Below are positions 1 through 11,482 of a DNA stretch of 34,677 nucleotides, piece by piece (position 1 is the first letter of the stretch; the number at the start of each line of letters is the position of its first letter). The translations under genes were made by a program, and so were the position numbers. The DNA is taken from positions 62,001 through 96,677 of the forward strand of contig NW_014569536.1 of NCBI RefSeq assembly GCF_000743755.1, read 5' to 3'. The stretch is from Blastocystis sp. subtype 4 (Eukaryota). The notes beneath the pieces were generated by a model. It made no database searches. It saw only the letters and a list, made by a program, of their open reading frames with translations, and had not been told where the DNA came from.

Positions 1-311
1 TTTCGAAGAATTGGGATCATCTTCAGGGAAAGTATATTGGAACAGGTCATCCCGATATGACGAAATAGTAATCCAATATGAGATGGGTGTTTTATGGATT
101 AGTGAATGGGCCGTAAATATGCATCGAGATACGTATGCTTCCCATATTGGGCATGAAGATATGCTCTATTTTGCATCCGTAGCCGAGAATGAGTCGGTGG
201 AGCGAATCCGATACACAATGCTAGAAGTATGTATTTGAATCCCCGTACTGATATTTTTAGAAGATGTTGCAGCCATGTGGACCTCCACCTGTGAAGACCT
301 CACCCTTTTAA
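1..311 (+). CDS. SF3B5: Splicing factor 3B subunit 5 (SF3b10), 5'-partial
   Basis: Removing introns 68-102 and 227-260 gives WDHLQGKYIGTGHPDMTKYEWAVNMHRDTYASHIGHEDMLYFASVAENESVERIRYTMLEKMLQPCGPPP, the SF3b10 signature. TAA at 309-311. Confidence 0.95.
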
Positions 312-487
312 ATTGGCTTGTTGTGATACTATTCATTTGTTTTTTCGATTTACATGTTCTGTATTAATTATCTTAGGAAGTTGGATCAAGACGATTATCG
401 TTAAAGGACACAAATATTACCGATAGACTCCATTTGCGTTGAATCTACCAATGGAAGGACTCAGAGTTCTCATTAATTGATTATCGA

Positions 488-3400
488 ATGACCAACAGTG
501 ATAAAGTTATCAACGTAGGCGTGTTTAATAGCATTTTTGGTAAGTTGTAGTTGTGGTCTTCGATCGATAAAGCCCTTCTATCTGAATTAGATGCAATGAA
601 AGTATCTGATTATTGGACGTATGAATCTGTGCTGTGCAGTTATATTTCAGGGTTCTTTTACACCTCTTCTTTGAAACAATACAGTTTGAAGAAAGTGCGG
701 CTCCCTCAAAACGAATACGTGACCTGATTATTTTAATGCGGTCTCTGATTATTTCTCCTGATATTCTTCAACCTAGTTTCGAGAAGAATACGATGTTCAA
801 ACAATCAGCGTCAGCATTCTATGAGGCATATTTACAATGTGCTGAAGAGAATAGTTACCGGTTTTTGCTCCTTCGACTAGTTTTTGTGGATTTTAAGCAG
901 ATTGTCTCAGATTGCCCTCCGGAATACGTCACAATCCCTCAACCGTTTATTTCCAGTCTGGCTAATGTTATGTATGTAGAAAAGAAAGTGATCACCACTT
1001 TCTATACAACAAAGCTTGAATCAGTTCATCGTATTGTTCAAAATTATGAGATATATGCAGATTTCTGTTCAGTGTCTCCACTTCTGGCAATGCAGTTGGC
1101 TGAAACTTATCCCCTCTGGCCAAACCAGCATTCCTTTGATGGACTTGGCCTGGAGAAAACTCCTTTCTTTGCTCAATACTTCTTGTTCCGGACGGTCTCC
1201 TCTCCATTGTGGGTGAATGATCAATTGACATTTGAAAGAAGCTCGATTTCTGACAATGAAATGAAGATCCTCCTTGACCAGCAGACACATAACATGGAAC
1301 GCATTCACAAAGCTCAACACACGATCCTCCTCACCTTCCTCACTGCTTCCTATGTGTCACGAGATTACGTTCTCTCGTATGTAGCAACTCTTACAGAGGC
1401 TAATGTATCTCGTCGAGCTAATCCTGTTGGTACGGTTACTGGTGATGGACTTCTTATGAATCTCTCTACAGCCCTGTTGGAGGTGTTACGAGAGACACTT
1501 CTATCTGAGCCTAATGAAAAGTTTGCCCAACAATTCTTTCTCTATCTCTTTTCCGATCTAGGTAGAGTAGATTTCTTGAAACGCGATTTCCCTGCAGATC
1601 TGACATTACGTACACATCTGTTTAACATTCTAAATTGGTTGCGTCCAGAGAATAGTCTGGCTAGACGATGTGATTCACATTTATGGTGGCATGTGTTGAG
1701 AAGTAGTGTCACCGAGTTAAATCAAATGTTGGATGCTGGTTTAGAATGCAAACCTCACACATCCTTTGCACAGTTCGTAAGGGCGATGCACATGTCCGCA
1801 GATAGTCTAACATTCTCTCCTGCTATGATCCAACTGAAATCCTTCTTTGATTATTCTTATAACTATTTCATCACGGGAATTCAACCTTCTCGTATTATGC
1901 CTTCCTACTTTCAGACTGTTACTTGTTCAAATTGTAAGAAAACCATCACAAATACTCCGTGTTATCGGTGTATCTGTTGTACGTCATATTTCCTATGTTC
2001 AGTTTGTTATCTACAAGAAGTGACAATGGTATGTGAAGCATTCTGTCCTCCTTTCACTCCTGAAGTACGTGAACTCTTTCTCTCATCTGAGGAGGTGAGT
2101 CGGATCGATTCCTCCCATAACCCTTACACACATCTCTTCACCGAGCTTCGTCGTTCTACTGTGATTATGAGTAATCGGCCCGTCTTCATGCTCACTCCTT
2201 CTTTCTCTCCACAGGTGCCCAATGCCTATGAGGCAATGAAGAATGCTTCTCTCGAGAACTCCTCAGAAATACAGAACAGCCTTGAAACTGTCGGTCAAGG
2301 ACAAGAGAATGTGTTGGAAGATGAAGTCTATGAATACTGGAGTGGGAACACAAATGACATTCTTAAGAAGTATGGAGATACCATCTGTCTCTGTGCAACA
2401 CCTTCTCATTGTCATTGTCATGGTCCTGTTACTCAGGCTGTTCGTCGTGCTAGTCGTCCATCTCCTATTCCTGTAGAAGAAGTCGTTGGTTATGGATTCA
2501 CTATGCATTACCAATGTTATTACTGTAAGACAACACCAATCATAGGGACTGTATACTATTGTCTTCATTGTGCATTACGCTTATGCAAATTATGCTATGA
2601 ACAGGATATGAGTATTGGGAATGGATTCCCTGGACATCAATGTAATCATGTCTTCATTCTCATTTATCATCCTGTTCGTGAGGACTGTCTATTAGAACAT
2701 AATCGCAATGATATGCGAACAGTACCAAATACGGTGACCACGATTCCTAACTCACTTGCAATGTCAGGAGTTGTGTTGGATACATTCATGCCTACTAGTG
2801 ATGAGAAACATAAGAATGAGGGGAATCTCTCTATTGAAGTCTTCATGATCACACTTCGACTTATGATGGTGGGACAAATTGGATTCTTTCAGGCATACGA
2901 TATGTTCGATCAGTTACAACGGTTGAATCGAGTAAAGAGCTTGCGTACGATTCAACTGAATGTGGGTCATTCCATGGACTATTACCTTGGTCTATCAGAG
3001 CATGTCTCTTATTCCCTCCTCCTTCTCTTCACCTTTTATACTCCTCAGAATCATCCTTTTCCTAGCAACCTTCCTCTTCACAGTATTGTCACAGATCATA
3101 TCGTGAAAGTGAATATTCCATCAAGCGAAAGTAAGTCTCGTCTCTGGACTCTCGTCATTGAGAATGTGGACGTAAGCCCAATATTTCAAGTGTTAGCTCC
3201 ATCAATGCTAGATGTTGTAGGTCAAATAATTGAATATTATATGAGACAATCATCAGTCTCAAAAGTGAAGAAGGATCTATCAGAAGGTAAACTTGATTAT
3301 AGTCTGCTTTTATTGTTACTATGTTGTAATGAACATGTTGTAAGCAATGTAATATTACGATTTGATGTCATTCAAACACTTTTTAAAATGTGTACAGTCT

Positions 3401-4599
3401 CACGAGAGAAAAATGAAACGGTATTCTTGTTTGAGTATCCACCTATTCGGCATCAACTAATGATGTTCACACAACGTGCATTCATTGACTCTGTTTCCTT
3501 CCGAGATGTTGCTCGAGCTTCTCTTCTTCAATTGCATGTTAACAAGATTATGATTCTCCTTCTACGGAGTTCAACAGTAAGAGAGTATTTTAATCATGAC
3601 TTGTAGTGTGGAAATACAGGCTTACTCGAAGTTCAGGAACTGCAAAAGTACTGGGGATATTCTTCAGATCTATTCAGTGAATACATTAATGATGTGGTCA
3701 GACAAGCAAGCAATCAACAGGATATGCTGAATGATCTGACTCAACGACTCATAGATGCAGAGACTTCTTCACGAGTAAGTCATTGAGAAAGAAATTATGT
3801 TCAGTTATACGCATCAATCAAGATAACAGGCCAAACAGTCATGGAGAATGTGAAGACGTCTGTAAATCTCTTTGTGCGATTGATTCTCTGTCCCTCATCA
3901 CGATCTGTTATTCTTGATGGTTATATGCTTCGTCGTACGACACGTTTTATGTTAGTGGTTCTCTCATCTCTTGCCAAACCTCTCTTTGTTGATAATGTTC
4001 CCTTGTTACAATCAGCATTGAGACTACATTATGAGAAATGGCTTTGTGTTGTATTGGAGGAAATTCTTCAACTTGTTCATTATTCACCACGTGTTGATGA
4101 GCTTAATGATGAAGTGAAACCATCGGTGGCAGTTTCATTGGATCCAGATCCAATGTATCGAAATGCTGTGATTATCGCTCTAGTTGAAGATGATGGACTA
4201 TTTAATGTGGACACATTTACTTGGGCATTGGAGTATTGTCAACATCACTCTGTTTTGAGTACCCGACGTATGAATGAGTTGAATGGTGTGGTCGACCTAA
4301 TCCGATCCTATGATCATCACTTTGAAGCACTAAATCATGTATTAGATGACTGTCCCGAGGAGTTTTTGGATAGCGTAATGGATACCATTATGCAGGATCC
4401 AGTTATCCTTCCTTCAGGAAATCGGGTAGATCGAGGGACTGTTGCTAGACAACTCACAGTAAATCCAATCGATCCGTTTACAAGAGCGCCTCTAACAATG
4501 GAAATGGTTAAACCTGATGAAGAATTAAAATTGAAGATTAAGCAATATCTACAAGAAAGAATGCTTGATCTGAAAAAGGGATTAGTAAATTTGGATTAG
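488..4599 (+). CDS. Ufd2/UBE4-like U-box ubiquitin E3/E4 ligase with two internal ZZ-type zinc fingers (start uncertain)
   Basis: C-terminal U-box PEEFLDSVMDTIMQDPVILPSGNRVDRGTV...DPFTRAPLTMEMVKPDEELK. Ufd2-core-like segments (GDGLLMNLSTALL). Introns 3577-3606 and 3775-3804 join ORF 634-3606 to ORF 3841-4599 in frame. TGTTTGTT at 4603-4610. Confidence 0.8.
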
Positions 4600-4667
4600 G
4601 ATTGTTTGTTGAACTCCCGTGATTTTATTCAGGTTTGACGAAAAACAGTAATAGGTACACAGAACTC

Positions 4668-6966
4668 ATGTCTGGAGTTGGTGAAGTTGATACAGACTCA
4701 AAAGATAGTAACAAAGAGGATTGGGTGAGGAAATGGAGAGATTGGTTGATACATTTCCATTCATTTCCAGATTCTCAACACATGACCAATATTGATGTGA
4801 CAACAGGAAGAATGAATGGAATCATTAAGAATGGAGAAGAAGTAATTGAAGTGAAAGAGAGAGATTGCAAGTTGGAATTGATCATTGGCAATTTGAAGAG
4901 TCATTCAACCAGAGTCCAAAGAAATGGTAGCGAAGTGGATTTAAGTGAATGCAAAGAAGATATCCTAGATCTAAGTGCAGACGGAAGGCGGTGGGAAGGA
5001 ACTATACATGAGAATTTACCGTTTGGATATGGATGTTTGTATAATGAGGATAATGAGCTGGTATTTGAAGGATGGTTGATCAATGAAACCAAAGTATGCT
5101 ATGGAATAGAGTATTGGAGTGACACAGGAGCAGTGAAATATGAAGGCTGCTTGTATGAAGGAATGAAACATGGCTATGGAGTATTGTATAATCGTTTGGG
5201 TTCTGTTGAGTATTCTGGTTTCTTCAATAACGATTCTCCTATCATTCCAAATAAGGAACTAACCCTAGAGAATGATTCTCCCTTCCCTTTTCTTCATTCT
5301 CATCTGGAGTCTCTTGTGATTGGAGACGAGTATAATCCCAAGATTACTTCATTATTGATTCATGATTGTTATGCTTTGAACCAAATCACATTCGGTTCCT
5401 ATTGTTTTCCCTATGTTGAATCATTTGAATTGAAACGTATGTTTGAATGAATGGTATAATAAGTCAGATCTTCCATCTCTGAAAACATGTCAAATAGGTG
5501 AATGGGCATTCCGACTCTGTCATGATGTTGTTTTTGAGAGTAATTCTATGAACAGATAATGAGTCAGATCTTCCGAACCTCGAATCCCTCATTTGTGAAA
5601 GAGGTACCCTTCTTGGAGATGATCGAGATGAACGTATAACAAATGCAGATGAGCCTTTCTATTATAAGAACACTTTAACGATGAAGAGTAAGAATACCAG
5701 TGAGATCCAACTCAGATCTCCCTTCACTCATATCCTTCAAGGCAGATGATCTAGTAGGTTATTATATTGGATCAGTCATCTTGGAGAGTAGTTTATTTTC
5801 ATCTTTTTGTCATTAGACATTCCTAATCTTACTCTTGATGGTATGGAAATCGGACAATCCTTTTGTGGCTGGTCCTATGAGTACAGTTCTATTAGTAATA
5901 TCTATGACAATATTTGACATAGATTGTGATGGACTCAATCAATACTTCTCTTTCCATACTAATGCAATCCCTTTACCACATTCAGATCATACTGTTCCAA
6001 AGTACGTATTATGGAATTCCATAGAGGAACTCGAGCGTAAAACGGATGCAGTTGTTCTTGGTCTAATGAATTCGACTTTCTTTCATTCAACTGAACTTGA
6101 CTTTTCTTTATTCACCAATTTGAGACAGCTTTCTATTGGATATAATTGTCTTATTAATGTGCATCGATTAGTGATTAATGACCTGAATGAACTGGAGCAT
6201 ATCTCAATCAAAGAGAATTCATTCACACTGTATAATCAAGAGATAGATGAATCGACGAATGGATTCTTTGTTTGGAACTGTCCTTTGCTGAGACAAATAG
6301 AGATTGGTAATGAATGCTTTGAGAAGTATGCTGTATGTGAGTTCACAAAACTCCCCTCTCTTCAGTCCATTCATGTTGGAGAGGATTGTTTCAAACATGT
6401 TCGATCCTTTGAACTGAACAGTACGATTGCATGATTGTAGTCATTGGAGATTTCCCTTCTCTTCAGACTATAGAATTAGAAGATCATGCATTCAAATACT
6501 GTCAAGATATCATGTTCATGAGTAATGATTGGTGATTGATATACATGAGATCTTCCTACACTGGAGTCTATCTCACTAGGAGGATCTGTATTTGGCAGTG
6601 ACGATCGAGAAGCTCGTCAAACCATAGATGAGGAACCCTACAACTATAAGAATAGTCTAACACTAAAGAGTAGGAACATGAATAAAGTGAACCAATAAGA
6701 TCTTCCTTCTCTTGCAATGTTCAATGGTACAGGGGGGAATTTTGAGTTTATCGGAATAGTGGCACTTCAGAGTAAGATTGATGAGTTCTTATTACCAGAT
6801 ATTCCGAATCTTGAACCAAGCAAGACGAGATTTGGGTGTAACGCTTTCCAATATGTATATACACTTCATACAACAAGTATGTTCATTTTCTATCTCTTAT
6901 TTAGACGCTGATGTACTTCAAGAGATAATTGAACAGAAAAGTGACTATGTCATATCTTCAACTTAG
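4668..6966 (+). CDS. MORN-repeat plus leucine-rich-repeat (BspA/LRR_5-like) protein, 10 introns
   Basis: MORN-like units (RWEGTIHENLPFGYGCLY; KYEGCLYEGMKHGYGVLY) then LPxLxxIxIGxxxF repeats. Ten phase-1 introns (5437-5467, 5540-5567, 5688-5715, 5788-5816, 5895-5922, 6421-6449, 6522-6549, 6670-6699, 6772-6798, 6877-6904) give one open frame to TAG 6964-6966. Confidence 0.8.
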
Positions 6967-7173
6967 TCTGATACATATCAAGCTTAGGTCTATCTGAGTG
7001 CAATATGGAATGAACAAACATATTTTCTTTTCACTTGTTTCCTAATGAACACTATCTTCTGTTATAAATATAGGAGGCAAATTCATACAAAATGATGATA
7101 GGATGTCCGCACGAATGAAAACTGGTGCATGCACGAATTTGTAACTCTTCATTTCAGTTTCTACGCCATAACA

Positions 7174-8296
7174 ATGATTGTACGATTTCTGTCCGGGGAA
7201 ACTGTTACGATGGATATCGACAAAAGTAATACCGTTGCTACTTTGAAGAAAGAAATCCAATCGGTCACTCACAACTTGGAGTATCGTATTTCTCTTCTTA
7301 TTGATGGTACTATCCTCGATGACGACAAGACAATTGACTTTTATCGTCCGTACATTATCTACGAGATTACATGTAGACATTACCAATACAACTTCCATAA
7401 CAGCCGTGAAAACGATTGAACAGCGAGATAGGGCCCTAGAATCACGGGAGAAAGAAGTGGAAGACTACCTGGTTTCTCTCTGTAAGAAGATTTCGGATTC
7501 CAAGCCTACAACAAAAGAAACCGATGAGAAGGTGATTCGAGAGTTTGAAACGGTGACAATGGACAAATGCAAATATGGATTAACCATGTCTATGGAAGAA
7601 CTTGTGCCTATTGTTATTTCCAATGATGAATTATTAATGAAGTTTACACGAATTGATTTGTTTCGGAAGGTTCTTCAAGATCTTCCTCTTATGAAAGATA
7701 TTATATTTACAAATCCGTTGGTAATCAGTTTTCTGGATCTCAATCCTGGACTACGAGAATGCCTTGAAGATGACCAACTACTTCAGTCCCTTGTGAATAT
7801 TGTATTGACTCCTGAATCCATACTGAAGAAGCAAAAGCATGAAGCAATTGCAGAGATCATTGAGCCCAGACTTGGACGAAAACTCGTGTTCACATCTGCA
7901 CAAGTAACAGATTCAGAGTCTAATCACCTCTAGAAAGAATGTTTGAAGAAGAGGGAACACAATTACCGACTCTCTAGAAAACCAGTAGTGCTAACAGAAT
8001 GTAGGAGCGGGAGAGGATTGTTATATGTAGCTCAAAAAGCCGCATTCCTAACGATTGTGAGGAAACATCCTAATGTGGTTGTTAATGTAATGGAAGTTGG
8101 AGTCTGTGATATATAGTTTATAAAAACTACACCTATATACCGAATGCTGATCAAGCAGAATCCAGAGTTACTGAAGAGGATCCTGACTCCCGAAAGACTA
8201 AATATCATCTTCTCTATCGAAAACATCACAAAAATCATGGAGCTAAATCAGGGAATAGATGAAACTGTAAATAGTAAGCGAATAAAGCGGAGTTGA
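7174..8296 (+). CDS. Ubiquitin-like domain protein with STI1-like (NP-motif) helices; ubiquilin-like but no UBA seen
   Basis: N-terminal Ubl (MIVRFLSGETVTMDIDKSNTVATLKKEI...LLIDGTILDDDKTIDFY). STI1-like TNPLVISFLDLNPGLRECL and KQNPELLKRIL. Four ~30-nt introns give an open frame to TGA 8294-8296, with TGTTTGTT at 8299-8306. Confidence 0.7.
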
Positions 8297-8323
8297 TATG
8301 TTTGTTTCCATAATCTTTCTCCC

Positions 8324-9318
8324 ATGTTGGCCCGATCCCTTTTGTTGAAGGCATTGTCGAGTAGGTGAGTTTGCAAGTTCGATAATATCGTAGCTCGTTC
8401 ATTTACCACGGTTACTGCTGCAATGGTGAAACAGCTCCGAGATCTTACTGGAGCTCCTATGATGGATTGTAAAAAGGCCCTTCAGCACGAAGGTGTAGAT
8501 GGAAACCTTGAGAAGGCAGTAGAAGTCCTTCGCAAACAAGGAATGAAACGAGTCAATAAGGTGAGCTCGAGAACAACTACCCAGGGTGTCATTGCATCTG
8601 TTGTAACAGAGAAACGAGGTGTTATGGTAGAAGTAAGTTTGGAAACTCGTTTGAATAATAGCTCTCTTGTGAAACAGATTTTGTTGCTAGAAATGAAGTG
8701 TTCCAGAAAGTTGCTAGTGACATCTCTAAAGTAGTGTTTGATACTGGACTTACCAATGTTGCGGATATTGAAAAGCAGATTTTACCCAGTGGTCTGTCTG
8801 TCGATGATAGTTTGAAAGAAGTGATAGCAAAACTGGGAGAGAATATTCTCCTTCGCAGAAGTTGTTGTGTGGAACCTGCTACATCGAGTAGTATTTTGTG
8901 TTCCTATCAACATAATTCTGTTGGGCCAAATATGAGTCAAATTGCTACTCTTGTTTCGTTCTCCATTAAGGGAGATAGTTCGAAGGTGGATCGAGATGCA
9001 CTCCATAAGATTGGAATGCATATTGCTGCCGCCAATCCTCTCTATCTGACTCGGGACGAGATTCCGGGAGATGTTCTCGAGAGGGAAAAGAGTGTTATTA
9101 TGGATTCGGTGAAGAAATTGAATAAACCAGAGAAGATCATGAATCGTATGATTGAAGGGAAGATGGGAGAATTCTACAAGCAAAGTGTGTTGATGGACCA
9201 GTTATATATTTTGGATGAAAAGCAAGGTTCGATTGCGAAGATGCTTCAGAAACTGGGAAAGGAGACTAATTGCATTTTGGGGATTGAAAAGTTTGTGAGA
9301 ATGCAAGTGGGGAAGTAG
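8324..9318 (+). CDS. TSFM: Organellar (mitochondrion-related organelle) elongation factor Ts
   Basis: VKQLRDLTGAPMMDCKKAL, ELSCETDFVARN (after removing intron 8633-8661), KLGENI, MHIAAANP. Arg/Ser/Leu presequence MLARSLLLKALSTRSF after removing intron 8361-8393. Confidence 0.95.
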
Positions 9319-9324
9319 TTTTAG

Positions 9325-10391
9325 CTAGTGTTTGTAATAAACCTGATATTGGTCTAAGTGTTCAAGAATCTGCTGCAATTCGAGTAACTGGGCTGATAAA
9401 TCGACAATTTCATTCCGAATCTGTTCTATAATACTGCTTTCTAGTCTCGTCAGAGAATCGAGAAACATACCACTTTGATATGGATAGTCATCTTGTAGAT
9501 GTTGATCCTCATCTAAGGGAAGTTGGTCCTCATCATCTAAAAGTAGTTGACGAGTATCGTCTAGAGGGAATGCCTCATCGTCAAAACGGGATGGGCTTTC
9601 GTCATTCACAGACAACTGGTCTTCATTCTCCTGACTAGGCATCCGCTCTCCAATTTCTACATCCTGCTCAACAGGAACAGAGGTCTCTGTTCTAATTCCA
9701 CACACATAGGGAGAGGAAGCCTCAACGCTGTAGTGACACATAGCAATCTCGTTAACTGACGACACATAGAGAGGTTCAGTCAGAGATGCATCACAAGATA
9801 TCACCACCTACAATTCAAAGCAAAAGTATCTCTCACTTCTGTCTCGCGGCTGACCTCCCCTGGACAGAAATCACCATCTGTCATTAGAAGACGGACTTCA
9901 TTTGATTGAGGCGGTTCAGTATAAGATTCCCAGATTCTATAAATCAGAAATTACATATAAAAATACCCAATACACCCACGGAATGAAGACTCACCGACTT
10001 CGATCTGATTCACAAAACGGTAGGGACATACAAGAAATTGATACCGAGAATCTACATACCGAGCACATATAGATGAAAGTGGACGGAGTTCTTCAGGTCC
10101 TATGCATCTTCATTTGACACCATTCATACCACTAAACATCACTGGTTCTCGCCTCCGAGGGATATTCATATCATCTAGAGTCGTATCCATAAAACTATGC
10201 GAATCAGTCGCTGGATCTCCTGACTGATTAGATGAAGTTGCAGATGGATTATCTGCATCTTTATATGATGATTGCGCATTTCTTTCAGCGGCAAGAACCC
10301 ATTTGGGCTTCCTGTCCGTTATTCGGACCATTACAGAGGCAGACGAATAAAATAACAATACAACAACAAGAATCCAGAATATCCGTCTCAT
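9325..10391 (-). CDS. Secreted/ER MRH-domain protein, most like GlcNAc-1-phosphotransferase gamma subunit (GNPTG-like)
   Basis: Signal peptide MRRIFWILVVVLLFYSSAS. Spliced core SGPEELRPLSSICARYVDSRYQFLVCPYRFVNQIE...GCIGIWESY...LMTDGDFCPGEVSRETEVVISC...VNEIAMCHY...PYVC has the six-Cys MRH pattern. Three ~30-nt introns. Confidence 0.75.
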
Positions 10392-10416
10392 TTCTAGATC
10401 AGAGTGATTCTCAATC

Positions 10417-11431
10417 ATGAACGCAGCCATTCAAAGACTGCTTTATATGCCTCCAAAGTGTACATATAATCCAAATTCCTTTGGAAGTTGTTCTTATTAC
10501 GAAATGTAGAGCATTAGACATTGACTCACTAATAGTGATGAGCACATTCCAGTGATGTACATCAAGTCTCTATATTCAGCTCAATACACTATTGTGTACA
10601 GTCATGCGAATGCCGAAGATATTAGTCAATTGTTAGTGGTTATTACTTAGTTTCATATTATAGAAGACATTTCCTACGTTGTATGTCTCATCAGGTCTAC
10701 TGCGATGTTGTGAGTTATGATTATCCTGGTTATGGACGGAACACGTAAGCATGCTATTATATCAATAAAGCTAAGAGAACCACTCTCGGAACAAGCAGTC
10801 AAGAAAACTGGTGTTAGAGTTGTGGAGTATTTGGTGAATAGTTTGCGAATTGAACCAGAGAGAATCGTTTTGTAGTATTACTTTAGGAGAATGAGTTGTA
10901 GGTTTGGTCATTCTCTGGGAAGTGCCGTATCCCTCTATACCGCTGTTTATCTAGCAGAACAGTCCAATATTCGCGTAGGAGGTGTTATTCTCCAGAGTTG
11001 TTTCACATCGATTTATCGAGTTGTGAGTAACTTTCGGACGACTTCAACTCATGATATGTTTCCCTCTTGTGATATTGTACAGATTCGAATCAATTTTAAC
11101 CCTAGATTGGACGCATCTGTTGTCCTGTTTGTATGATTCATGGAAAGCATGATGTGATCGTACCCATTTGGCATGCCAAGTGGATGTTTATGAAAACACC
11201 TGAGAAATATCGTTATAAATGTCTCTTTGTGGTAGAAACGGAGATTGAGGTTGAGGAATAGGAAGGAGCAGGACATAACAATATCGAGAGTTGGTGTCAT
11301 CCAGAAGCCGCATACTACCGTTTTATTAGAGAATTCTTGGTAAGTGAAAGGAGATAGTCAATTCTCTATAGGAGTACTTAACGAAGTTTAAACTAAAATC
11401 GGAGCTACTTCAGGAGTCAGGTGTACTTTGA
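10417..11431 (+). CDS. ABHD17-family alpha/beta hydrolase (putative depalmitoylase)
   Basis: Spliced motifs LLYMPP, TIVYSHANAEDI, VSYDYPGYG, FGHSLGS (nucleophile), GVILQS, MIHGKHDVIVP, EGAGHNNIE. TGA 11429-11431, TGTTTGTT 11437-11444. Confidence 0.88.
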
Positions 11432-11482
11432 AACTCTGTTTGTTCATGATCACACATCGCTTCTTCACTCCTGACGTTTAGA

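Noticed and set aside
4668..6966. Multiple pseudogene fragments, or an alternative genetic code, to explain frequent in-frame stops
   Set aside because: Every stop examined is removed by a ~30-nt GT-AG intron, so the standard code suffices.
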